From contig CAXBPH010000202.1 in assembly GCA_963977445.1 (NCBI GenBank), positions 1 through 12,945 of the forward strand: a stretch of 12,945 bases of DNA, given 5' to 3'. A model generated the notes under the pieces. It had not been told where the DNA came from. It saw only the letters and a program-made list of their open reading frames with translations, and did not search any database. The DNA is from an uncultured bacterium. GTDB taxonomy: Bacteria; Hydrogenedentota; Hydrogenedentia; Hydrogenedentales; JAEUWI01. The position numbers and the translations under genes are program-made. Below, one piece after another: positions 1-7,871 of the stretch (positions within the stretch are counted from its first letter, which is position 1; the number at the start of each line of letters is the position of its first letter).

Positions 1-6
1 CCGCAT
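1..6 (-). CDS. Possible 5' end of a leftward gene running off the window
   Basis: Minus strand reads TAAGGGAACGACC-ATG-CGG: a purine-rich SD-like AAGGGA 6 nt before an ATG at 6-4. Only two codons are visible. Confidence 0.3.
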
Positions 7-233
7 GGTCGTTCCCTTATACGTTCTTTCCCTCGAAACCACACCAACCGCAAAGGACCCGCTCCTCCAGGAACACCTACTATCCCTTCCGGTATATACT
101 CCACTTTCACCGGAATGACGATCAGCAACGTAAACTGACAACAAAGTACTACGCTATTCTGCCAAGACATGGTCAAAAAATTAACATCCCAAATCCCGGG
201 CCCTTTCGCCCGACGCCGCCCGAACACGACCCG

Positions 234-245
234 CCCCCCCCCCCC
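234..245. repeat. C12 homopolymer tract in the divergent intergenic region
   Basis: Twelve consecutive C at 234-245, read directly. Confidence 0.9.
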
Positions 246-391
246 GGGAATACAGACCAGAACGGCCGGTTCATGTTTACTTAACCAAACGGCCCATGGC
301 ATCATACGGGGCCACGATCTGAAGGTTTTGAATCGCCCGACTGGAATACCCGCCCGTGGTATTACCCTCATCCAATCAGCAAAGGCAGTAT

Positions 392-1081
392 ATGGTTAAC
401 GCACTCTCCCAATGGGACTTATCCATTGGCAATATCATTGGTGGCATCGCGGCCGCTATCTTTTATGGCCGCTTCTATCTTCAGTGGTTTTATTCCGAGC
501 GGGCGAAGCGCAGCGTGGTTCCCATTGGCTTCTGGTATATGAGCTCCATTGGCTCCTTGCTGCTCTTCGGCTTCGGTGTCTACGAGCAATCGGCCGTGGG
601 CACCCTTTCTCATTGTTTCAACATCGTTATATATTCTCGTAACCTGATTCATATCTGGCGTAAGCAGGGCGTGCTCAGCAAAGCACGGTCTCGATTTGTA
701 CATGGATTTGCCCTGTCCGTCGTTCTCGTTGCAATTTCGCTGTTGCTGCTCACGTGGTTTAACGTGTTCCAGAGCACCCAAACGGGGACCCAGAACGACG
801 CCGTGCGCACCTGGTTCTGGATTGCCGTGGGTGTGGTGGGTCAGGGACTTTTTGCCTGCCGCTTTATCATTCAGTGGCTGGCGACGGAAAAAAAGAAGGA
901 GAGCGTCATCCCCATTTCGTTCTGGTATTTCAGCGTTGCCGCCGCCGTGTGTATGCTGGCATCCTTTATCCAATTGCGGGAATGGGTATTCGCCGTCGGC
1001 ATTGCGACGACCTTGCCCATCTACGCCCGGAATCTCTGGATCATTTACCGGGGCGGACAGGAAAGTTCCGAGGCGGCATAA
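392..1081 (+). CDS. Integral membrane protein with two lipid A biosynthesis N-terminal (LAB_N) domains
   Basis: The motif occurs twice: FYGRFYLQWFYSERAKRSVVPIGFWYMS and FACRFIIQWLATEKKKESVIPISFWYFS, each followed by YxRNL. About 7 hydrophobic segments. ATG 392, after AAAGGCAG, is preferred over the ORF-track start at 356. Confidence 0.85.
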   Translation: MVNALSQWDLSIGNIIGGIAAAIFYGRFYLQWFYSERAKRSVVPIGFWYMSSIGSLLLFGFGVYEQSAVGTLSHCFNIVIYSRNLIHIWRKQGVLSKARSRFVHGFALSVVLVAISLLLLTWFNVFQSTQTGTQNDAVRTWFWIAVGVVGQGLFACRFIIQWLATEKKKESVIPISFWYFSVAAAVCMLASFIQLREWVFAVGIATTLPIYARNLWIIYRGGQESSEAA

Positions 1082-1136
1082 GTTACTTGCCCCGGCAGAC
1101 ACACGATGGGTAGGCTGATAGTATCCGAGGGACATC

Positions 1137-2081
1137 ATGAATGCAGGCGAGCACATAAACCAGAAGTACTCCGGGCACCGAAAACATCTCTACTGTCTGG
1201 TAGCACTGCTCTTCGTGGGCGTGTGGGACGCGCCCGGCGCCGAAGTCGTACCGCCTGCGTGGGAGCCTATGGAATCTCTTTTCCGCGCAGATAGCGCGCC
1301 CCCCCCACCCTTTTCGGTTGATGACGGTGCGCCGCACCCCGTGGAGCACCACTATCTCTTCGAACAATTTGCCGATTTGGATTGCGCGGACTTTCTCCGG
1401 GGGCTGAGCTACCTGATCCACAAATACCAGCCCCCCGAAGACCCGGGTGCACTTCCGGCATACACCCGCGCCATGAATTACCGACTTCGGGTACTATTTG
1501 AATACTATCCACTTGCGGCACGCGGTCCAGATGACTTTACAGCCCTTATGACGCTGATTAGTGACGGGCGGTCTGCCGAAACGCTGCGTGTTTTCCTATT
1601 GCGCCAGGCGGCTCCGGGGCTGGAAGCACCGACCACGTTCGGGGGCTACCTTCAGGGCCATCTTTCGAAAGGTAAGGGTGCCTTTGACAAACAACTCCGT
1701 GAGCTCACCCTATTGCCTCGTGAATCAACCCGGGTGCAGGTAACCGCCCTTGACGTACTCCTTGCCCGAGCCACCAGCGAATACGCAATGCTCTTGCAGC
1801 GCGACCCCATGGGAAAACGCCCGGGGGACGATGGGGCACCAGTTTCTATTCGCGACTTTGTGGCGAATCCGGAGGCCGCCCCATTGAGTCGCCGCACGAA
1901 GCTCCTTTTGGAGCGTAAGAATGAGGAGGTCGGCAAATGGGCCGCCTCTCTCCAGGCGTTGGCGACGAACGGGCAACGGGATGGTGCGGTGCGTGAGAAG
2001 GCCACGGAAGTACTCGGGGTTATCCTACGAGATTTCCCCATACCCAATCGGGCTGACTTCTCACAGACCGTGCCGAAGTAA
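1137..2081 (+). CDS. Hypothetical protein, probably exported (signal-peptide-like N-terminus) and largely alpha-helical
   Basis: 314-aa ORF with GAGG 6 nt upstream of the ATG. Basic stretch (HRKH), hydrophobic stretch LYCLVALLFVGVW and a possible A-P-G-A cleavage region. No family motif recognised. Confidence 0.7.
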   Translation: MNAGEHINQKYSGHRKHLYCLVALLFVGVWDAPGAEVVPPAWEPMESLFRADSAPPPPFSVDDGAPHPVEHHYLFEQFADLDCADFLRGLSYLIHKYQPPEDPGALPAYTRAMNYRLRVLFEYYPLAARGPDDFTALMTLISDGRSAETLRVFLLRQAAPGLEAPTTFGGYLQGHLSKGKGAFDKQLRELTLLPRESTRVQVTALDVLLARATSEYAMLLQRDPMGKRPGDDGAPVSIRDFVANPEAAPLSRRTKLLLERKNEEVGKWAASLQALATNGQRDGAVREKATEVLGVILRDFPIPNRADFSQTVPK

Positions 2082-2086
2082 CCGAC

Positions 2087-3007
2087 CTATCGGGCCAACA
2101 AAAATTCGGCTACGACTGCGCCATCGGGCAGGGATGGCTGGGCACCCGCGATGGTCGTGGTGAGGGCACCAACGGCATTGGCATAACGCAACATTCCGGG
2201 GATATCTCCCTCGTTCCAGGCGACGGCCAATGCGGCCGTGAAGGCATCCCCCGCCGCCGTTGTATCCACCGAGTCCACCTTAAATGCGGGAACAAATTCG
2301 TCGCTCGTCCCGCCCATATACCGTGAACCGGTGCTGCCCAACTTCATCACCACATGATTTGCGCCATAGTCCAGCAGTGCCCGTGCGGCCCGATGGGCTT
2401 CGTCGGCATTGGATACGGCAAGGCCGGTAATCCGTTCCGCCTCGCTCTCGTTGGGACTGATCACCGACGCTTTACCCAACACGGCGGGGGTGATGGGCTG
2501 GTCGGAGCCAATATCAAGTATGGAAAGTACGCCATACGACTTCGCCAGATCGAGGGCGACCTCCACGGTTTCCACGGGCACCTCCAACTGCAGGAGCACC
2601 ACGTCGGCCTCTTCGAAGGCGGCCCGGCGGGCGTAGAGATCATCGGGCGTTAGCGCAAAGTTTGCTCCGGGGATGACGACAATGGAATTTTCCCCGGCAT
2701 CGCTCACTTCGATAATAGCCGTCCCGGTGGGTTCGTGATCGACCGACTTCAGGTAGTTCAGATTGACCCCGGCAGCGCCCAGGCTGGCCCGCTGTTGTTC
2801 GGCAAAACCATCGGACCCGACGCAGCCCAGAAAGGCAACGGACGCCCCGAGGCGCGCGGCCGCCATGGCCTGGTTGGCCCCTTTGCCGCCACACACGGTG
2901 GTGAAAGAGGAACCCATGAGGGTTTCGCCGGGCCGGGGAATGCGGGAAACGCGGGCAACAAGATCTATATTGGCACTACCGACTACAAGAATCTTTCGGG
3001 CTATCAT
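2087..3007 (-). CDS. rbsK: Ribokinase (PfkB family)
   Basis: VVGSANIDL, GGKGANQAMAAARLG, GENSIVVIPGAN, LLQLE, PNESEA and DTTAAGDAF signatures. ATG at 3007 overlaps the upstream stop (TGATG), with AAGGA 5 nt upstream. Confidence 0.92.
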   Translation of the reverse strand: MIARKILVVGSANIDLVARVSRIPRPGETLMGSSFTTVCGGKGANQAMAAARLGASVAFLGCVGSDGFAEQQRASLGAAGVNLNYLKSVDHEPTGTAIIEVSDAGENSIVVIPGANFALTPDDLYARRAAFEEADVVLLQLEVPVETVEVALDLAKSYGVLSILDIGSDQPITPAVLGKASVISPNESEAERITGLAVSNADEAHRAARALLDYGANHVVMKLGSTGSRYMGGTSDEFVPAFKVDSVDTTAAGDAFTAALAVAWNEGDIPGMLRYANAVGALTTTIAGAQPSLPDGAVVAEFLLAR

Positions 3008-3660
3008 CAACGTCCTTTTCGTCCGGGAATGTCGGGCAAATGTATATAGAGTTTATCCCACGTTTCCCATCGACGCAGGGCCTTTACGATCGCTGGCAGG
3101 GGTTTGGCGTAAATCGTGGGAAAGAGATATTCTTCCGTATCTTTCATGGCAAAGGCAAGGCGCTCTACCGGCGGCGTAAATTGGGCATTTACGCCCGGCT
3201 TATTCCCCCGGGGATCAATGCGGTACCAGCCGATTTCGGGAAGGTGAACGGCGCTGAGTCCGTGGGTGCAATAGGGTGGCCCGCTATCGCCCATGCTTAG
3301 TCGTTGATAGACGAGACCTGCGGGAATCCCATTGGCGCGCAGTAACGCAGTCAGCAAGTGGGCCTTGGCGTAGCAATAGCCCGTACCTTCGGCCAGGACC
3401 TGAGAAGCGGCGCAGGTAACGGGATTCATCTGGTAGTCGGCGCTATGCCGAATGGTGTCGCGAACCCATTCAAAACATGCTCTGGTCGTTTCCAGCACAT
3501 CGTCGTCGGGCGCACGAAGTTGTCCCGCCAACGCATGAACGCTTTCCTCCTGCCAGTTGATGACCTCGCAGGCATCGAGAAAGGAGGCCATGGGCGTTGG
3601 TGAGGACGAAGCCTGCCGGGTGGCGGAAGCATGGTGGCCTTTGTGCCGTTTTCTCTCCAT
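3007..3660 (-). CDS. Transglutaminase-like superfamily protein (Cys-His-Asp triad)
   Basis: FEWVRDTIRHS, GYCYAKAHLLTALLRANGIPAG (Cys), CTHGL (His), WYRIDPRG (Asp). GAGG SD before ATG 3660. Confidence 0.88.
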   Translation of the reverse strand: MERKRHKGHHASATRQASSSPTPMASFLDACEVINWQEESVHALAGQLRAPDDDVLETTRACFEWVRDTIRHSADYQMNPVTCAASQVLAEGTGYCYAKAHLLTALLRANGIPAGLVYQRLSMGDSGPPYCTHGLSAVHLPEIGWYRIDPRGNKPGVNAQFTPPVERLAFAMKDTEEYLFPTIYAKPLPAIVKALRRWETWDKLYIHLPDIPGRKGR

Positions 3661-3671
3661 CGCCGACCTCT

Positions 3672-4844
3672 CTATCGTGCGCCGACTGCGGTGGCATCCA
3701 CCGAAGTCGCGGAAGCCACACCGGAACCACGGTGCTCAAGAAAACAACATCCGGGACAGGGTGCGAAGAGCTTTTGCTGGCAGGTCTGGCGGAATTCTCG
3801 CATGGTGGCGTTGTTCCACAATGTTTTTAGCGAATCCTCGCGAACATTGCCGACTTTCTGCAGCCAACAGGGGTAGGCATCGCCGAGGCGGCCAATAATG
3901 AGGGTGTTCCAGGCGTTGCGACACTGGTAGGCCTTCAGGTCGAGGCCCGTGCCGTCGTAGTAGTCGAGCAAATCCGCCCGGGGCATCCGGGGCAGGCGCA
4001 CTTCGATGCCCGCACTTTTTGCTTCCAGGAGGGTACGGTCGAGGGCCTCGGCCAGGGCGCGGCGGTCGATATGGGGCCAGGCCATTTGTTCGTGGTCGAA
4101 GGAAGACGGATCGGCTTCGCCGAAGCCGGGCAGATCATGCATCCGCGTTTCGGTCACAAGATTAAGCACGTCCACGCCGACTTCCGCCACCATCTTCGGC
4201 ATGAGATGGAGCACGTCGAGGTTGTCCTGCTGAATCACGGTGGTCACATGGATATGGGGACACTGCTTTCCCTGGGCATCGCGATATTTTCGCAGGAGCC
4301 GGATACCCGACATGCTTTTGTCCCAGGCACCCCGCAGCTTGCGGATTTCATCGTGGCGCTCACCGGGGCCTTCGATGGAGGTGCCTGCGAAGTTGAAACC
4401 CACGCCACCGGTCCGCCGTGGCGCGAGATTGACGATGGCCTCTGCGCGATCTTCTGGAAGCATGGTGGTGTTGGAAATAAAATGGGTGCGGGAACGACGG
4501 CTCGCAACAGTGAGCAGCTCCATGAAGTCTTTTCGCACAAAGGCTTCGCCCCCGGTGAAGGTCACGAGGCTGAATCGCTGAATCTGTCCCAGGACGTCGA
4601 GCCATTCCTGCGTCGAAAGTTCGCCCTGTCGCTGTTCCTTCACGGGCACGTTTTCGAGCCAGTCGATGTATTGGCACATCTTGCACCGGAGATTACAGCG
4701 GCGGGTCACTTCGATGAAGTAGTGCCACGCGGGCAGGGAATAGCCCGACTTGATGTAGCGATAGGGCACTTCGCTGTAGGCACGCTGAGCGAAATCATAG
4801 AGGCGCGACAATTGGAATCGGCTCTGTTTTTCGTGTTCGCTCAT
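3672..4844 (-). CDS. Radical SAM protein with C-terminal SPASM/Twitch domain
   Basis: CNLRCKMC (CX3CX2C), FTGGEAF, SIEG...HDEIR. The C-terminal CRNAW...GDAYPC...VGNV...LWN...CPGCC pattern fits an auxiliary Fe-S cluster. Confidence 0.92.
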   Translation of the reverse strand: MSEHEKQSRFQLSRLYDFAQRAYSEVPYRYIKSGYSLPAWHYFIEVTRRCNLRCKMCQYIDWLENVPVKEQRQGELSTQEWLDVLGQIQRFSLVTFTGGEAFVRKDFMELLTVASRRSRTHFISNTTMLPEDRAEAIVNLAPRRTGGVGFNFAGTSIEGPGERHDEIRKLRGAWDKSMSGIRLLRKYRDAQGKQCPHIHVTTVIQQDNLDVLHLMPKMVAEVGVDVLNLVTETRMHDLPGFGEADPSSFDHEQMAWPHIDRRALAEALDRTLLEAKSAGIEVRLPRMPRADLLDYYDGTGLDLKAYQCRNAWNTLIIGRLGDAYPCWLQKVGNVREDSLKTLWNNATMREFRQTCQQKLFAPCPGCCFLEHRGSGVASATSVDATAVGAR

Positions 4845-4879
4845 GGGGTGGTGCCTTTGTAATTGGTGGACATGGCTCT

Positions 4880-4888
4880 ATTCTATCA
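4880..4888 (-). promoter_or_regulatory. Candidate extended -10 promoter (TG-A-TAGAAT) for the radical SAM operon
   Basis: Minus strand GGTGATAGAATAGAG, about 35 nt upstream of the ATG at 4844. No good -35 element. Confidence 0.4.
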
Positions 4889-5069
4889 CCTGAGCGGCTA
4901 CCTCGCCGAATTGCTTTTGTGGGGCAAGTTGGGCACGTCTATCTGACGGATTGCCTCCAATAGCCGACCGACTTATTTAGTACAACATTGATTTTCCATT
5001 GTGCTTTCTGCAATTTTTGTAAGTCAACTTTGATCGTAATTCGGAATATTAACAGGAGAACATATTAAA

Positions 5070-5447
5070 ATGGCCGAAATAATGAAAAAAGTGGGCTACA
5101 AATGGTTGTATGATGCAACACGGGCGAAAGTCTCCGACAAGCTCCAAAAAGAGGGAGCCGACGTGAAGAATATTCAAAAATTTTTCAATAAGTTGGACAA
5201 GAAAGTAAGCACACCCGGCGGCACCTCCATGCCCCTGGCCCAGGCCGCATTCGTGGAGGCGGTAAAAGATATATACGACGCAAAAAAACCGGACCCGAAA
5301 GATGGCAAAACGTACAGTGCAAAAGAGCGAGAGAAACTTGAAGCGTTTCAAAAAAAGATCACATCCAAAGTCTCCGGAACGGTACGGTTCAAAAGCGGCG
5401 CGATCATCTTGCTCATGCACGGCAATGAAGTGGTTACGGTAAAATAG
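5070..5447 (+). CDS. Hypothetical Lys-rich protein (125 aa)
   Basis: Strong SD (ACAGGAGA, 5052-5059), AT-rich upstream region and a clean intrinsic terminator just downstream. 23 Lys counted. No family recognised. Confidence 0.8.
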   Translation: MAEIMKKVGYKWLYDATRAKVSDKLQKEGADVKNIQKFFNKLDKKVSTPGGTSMPLAQAAFVEAVKDIYDAKKPDPKDGKTYSAKEREKLEAFQKKITSKVSGTVRFKSGAIILLMHGNEVVTVK

Positions 5448-5473
5448 TCCCATAGCAGGTGAAACATTTCTGT

Positions 5474-5504
5474 AGCCCGAATGCATTCGCATTCGGGTTT
5501 TTTT
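5474..5504 (+). terminator. Rho-independent terminator
   Basis: AGCCCGAATGC-ATTC-GCATTCGGGTT stem-loop running into a T7 tract (5498-5504). Confidence 0.9.
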
Positions 5505-5592
5505 CTTGAACCCGGCTTTCGGGCCCGTAGAGAGAATTGTCACCGTTATCCAACGGAGACCTACAGCCGCATTTCGCCGCCCAAGGGTGTTG

Positions 5593-5601
5593 TGCTATGC
5601 T
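5593..5601 (+). promoter_or_regulatory. Candidate extended -10 promoter (TG-C-TATGCT) for the fucose isomerase-family gene
   Basis: TGCTATGCT lies downstream of the preceding terminator. The -35 is weak (TTCGCC at 5573-5578, 17-nt spacer). Confidence 0.4.
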
Positions 5602-5782
5602 TTCCAGTCGAACGCACTTTTGGCGTTTACGGAGAAGGGTCGGGAGTCTCGGCGGGCCATTGGGTCAGCACGACAACCCCGAGAGCACAGCGGTGCGCAA
5701 CGCCCAGCCTGCGTTGCCAACCACACAACAGTTGCGCGTGTCGTTCGCCTTGGCAAACGTCGCGGGCCCCGGGAAGATCGTT

Positions 5783-7375
5783 ATGAAAAAAACGGATACC
5801 ATCTACCTCGTTTCCAACGGAGACTTCCGCGATTCGGCTTGTGAAGTTTGCTGGCCCATGCAGGATGACACCCTGAAGCAGGTGCAGAAAGCCTTTAAGA
5901 AGCTGGGCTATAAGACCGAGCTGGTCACAAAGTACGACCCCAAGAAGAAACATGGCTTCGTCACGAAACAGTGTGACGGTGCAGAAATCTTCTCCAAGAT
6001 CGACCCCAAGGCTCCCGTGGTTATCGTCCTCAGTTGCTGGGCCTATGCCCACCACGTCTGCGGCCCACTCCAGTCCCACGAAGGCCCCAAGCTTCTGCTG
6101 GGCAATTTCGACGGCACGTGGCCCGGTCTGGTGGCCCTGCTGAATCACGCGGGCACCCTGGATCGTCTCCATGTGAAACATTCCCGCATCTGGACCGACA
6201 GCTTCCTTAAAGACGAGTACTTCATGAAGAAACTCGGCGAGTGGTGCAGCAAGGGCGACATCAAGCACAGCACCAAACACCTCACCGACGCCGACGAAGC
6301 GAAGATCTCCGCCGCTGCGAATAAGTTTGGCAAAGAACTGGCCGAAGACATCAAAACCAATCGCCGTATCATGGGCCAGCTCGACCCGGGTTGCATGGGC
6401 ATGCTCAATGCCGTCATGGACCCCGCCCACCTGGGTAAAATCGGTATGCCCATCGAATACCTCAACCAGTCGGATCTCGTGGCGGAAATGAAGCTCGTGA
6501 GTGATGAGGAGGCCCAGAAGCACCTCAACTGGCTCGTGAAAAAGGGTACCTGGTTTGACTGGGGCACGGACCAATACACGGACCTCGTCCATGGGCAGGT
6601 CCTGGAACAGATGAAAATCTACTCCGCTGCTGCCCGCCTGGTGGAACGCTTTGGCCTCGCCGCTATCGGCATCCCCTATCAGCTTGGCCTGGTCCGTTGC
6701 ACCGCCGCCACCGATTTGGTGGAAGGCATGCTCAATAACATGGACCGCCCGGCGGTGAAAGACCCGACGACGAAAAACATCGTCAAAAAAGGCAAGGCCA
6801 TCCCCCACTTCAACGAAGGGGACATGGGTTCCGGCGTTCCCCAGTTACTCATGCACGATATTTATGACCGCAAGGGTATGCCCACGGAAACGACCCTCCA
6901 CGATGTGCGTTGGGGCCGTGAATTTGGCGACAAATATGTTTGGGTCTTCCTTATCTCCGGTGGCGCGCCCCCGGCCCACTACGGTGGTTGGAAGAAAACC
7001 AACGTCTATCGTCAGCCCGCCATGTATTTCCCCAAGGGCGGCGGCACCTGCTCCGGCGTCTCCAAGCCCGGCGTCATCACTTGGGCCCGCTGCTATGAGC
7101 AGTTCGGCGAACTCGGTATGGACGTGGGTATCGGTGAAGTCATCGAAATGCCCGAAGCGGAAGTCCAGGATCGCCTCGACCGGACGACCCCGGTGTGGCC
7201 CATTGCGAACGTCCACATCCCCGGCTATGACCGCAATGAATTGATGGCGACTCACATGTCTAACCACATCACCATGGGCTATGGCGACATCCTCGAAGAA
7301 CTCATCGCCACCTGCCGTCACCTCGGCATCAAGACCCGCGTCGCGGGCGATATCGGCAAGGCGCTGAAGAAGTAA
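5783..7375 (+). CDS. L-fucose/D-arabinose isomerase-family sugar isomerase (~530 aa)
   Basis: WPGLVALLN, GCMGM, DLVEGMLNN (Glu ligand), PHFNEGD (Asp ligand), TTLHDVRWG, RQPAMYF, TTPVWP and SNHI (His ligand) match the FucI-type metal-site layout. ATG 5783 after GGGAAG is preferred over 5537. Substrate not determined. Confidence 0.82.
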   Translation: MKKTDTIYLVSNGDFRDSACEVCWPMQDDTLKQVQKAFKKLGYKTELVTKYDPKKKHGFVTKQCDGAEIFSKIDPKAPVVIVLSCWAYAHHVCGPLQSHEGPKLLLGNFDGTWPGLVALLNHAGTLDRLHVKHSRIWTDSFLKDEYFMKKLGEWCSKGDIKHSTKHLTDADEAKISAAANKFGKELAEDIKTNRRIMGQLDPGCMGMLNAVMDPAHLGKIGMPIEYLNQSDLVAEMKLVSDEEAQKHLNWLVKKGTWFDWGTDQYTDLVHGQVLEQMKIYSAAARLVERFGLAAIGIPYQLGLVRCTAATDLVEGMLNNMDRPAVKDPTTKNIVKKGKAIPHFNEGDMGSGVPQLLMHDIYDRKGMPTETTLHDVRWGREFGDKYVWVFLISGGAPPAHYGGWKKTNVYRQPAMYFPKGGGTCSGVSKPGVITWARCYEQFGELGMDVGIGEVIEMPEAEVQDRLDRTTPVWPIANVHIPGYDRNELMATHMSNHITMGYGDILEELIATCRHLGIKTRVAGDIGKALKK

Positions 7376-7399
7376 GCACAAGACCAAACAGAACACACG

Positions 7400-7436
7400 A
7401 CGGCCCGGAGAGCAACACGCTATCCGGGCCGTTTTT
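7400..7436 (+). terminator. Rho-independent terminator
   Basis: ACGGCCCGGA-G-AGC-AACAC-GCT-A-TCCGGGCCGT stem-loop followed by a T tract, 24 nt after the stop codon. Confidence 0.88.
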
Positions 7437-7449
7437 GTCGGACTGTCTT

Positions 7450-7485
7450 GTGGGACCTGTGGGACGGGTGAGACCAGTGGGACAC
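7450..7485. repeat. Four tandem 9-bp units, GTGRGACNN
   Basis: GTGGGACCT GTGGGACGG GTGAGACCA GTGGGACAC. Confidence 0.85.
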
Positions 7486-7596
7486 CGCCCGAGTGGATAG
7501 TGACAACCGGGGGGATACTGTGACGTATCAGCGACGGAGAATCCGGGCATAGCCGCGTTTCCAGAACTCGTAGAATCAGGACATTTTGTTTTTTTG

Positions 7597-7662
7597 AACC
7601 ACAAAGAACGCAAAGAGCACAAAAGGAATGATTTCTCTGTGTTCTTTGCGTTCTTTGTGGTT
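7597..7662. repeat. Long hairpin repeat, copy 1 (25-bp arms, 16-nt loop)
   Basis: AACCACAAAGAACGCAAAGAGCACA (7597-7621) / TGTGTTCTTTGCGTTCTTTGTGGTT (7638-7662). Confidence 0.95.
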
Positions 7663-7800
7663 GATTTAGTCAAGCATGCAATCGTGAAGCAGTGACTGCA
7701 CGGAAAGGGTGGGATTGTGGAGTCTCTTTGAAATTTAGCTGTAGAACATATCGTCTTTAGACCGACATCACATTTACTTTTGGAAATCGAAGGCGCGGCG

Positions 7801-7824
7801 GGTCAGGCGGGACGCCCAACCTAC
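7801..7824 (-). repeat. REP-like element, GTAG head plus hairpin (copy 1)
   Basis: Minus strand GTAGGTTGGGCGTCCCGCCTGACC: a 9-bp stem GGTTGGGCG/CGCCTGACC with two G-T pairs and a TCC loop. Confidence 0.65.
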
Positions 7825-7871
7825 GTTAGTCGACGTTGCGATTGACGTGTTGCGTGCGGAATTCTTTTATG

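Noticed and set aside
169..399. 76-aa ORF containing the C12 tract
   Set aside because: No SD, low-complexity Pro/Arg content, overlap with the LAB_N start, and location in a likely promoter region.
3672..4844. This radical SAM enzyme as the AmmeMemoRadiSam partner of the Memo gene
   Set aside because: It has a C-terminal SPASM/Twitch domain and lacks the N-terminal Cys-rich segment of the PflA-like AmmeMemoRadiSam enzyme. It is also 3.4 kb away in a different transcription unit.
5537..5782. 82-aa N-terminal extension of the isomerase, including a 12-bp repeat TCCAACGGAGAC (5549-5560 and 5813-5824, both reading SNGD)
   Set aside because: The extension lacks the gene's codon bias and an SD, and it contains a promoter-like motif. 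A single 12-bp match is compatible with chance in a 13-kb window.
7329..7673. 114-aa minus-strand ORF
   Set aside because: It is a translation of the hairpin, the 9-bp repeat and the terminator, and it overlaps the end of the isomerase gene.
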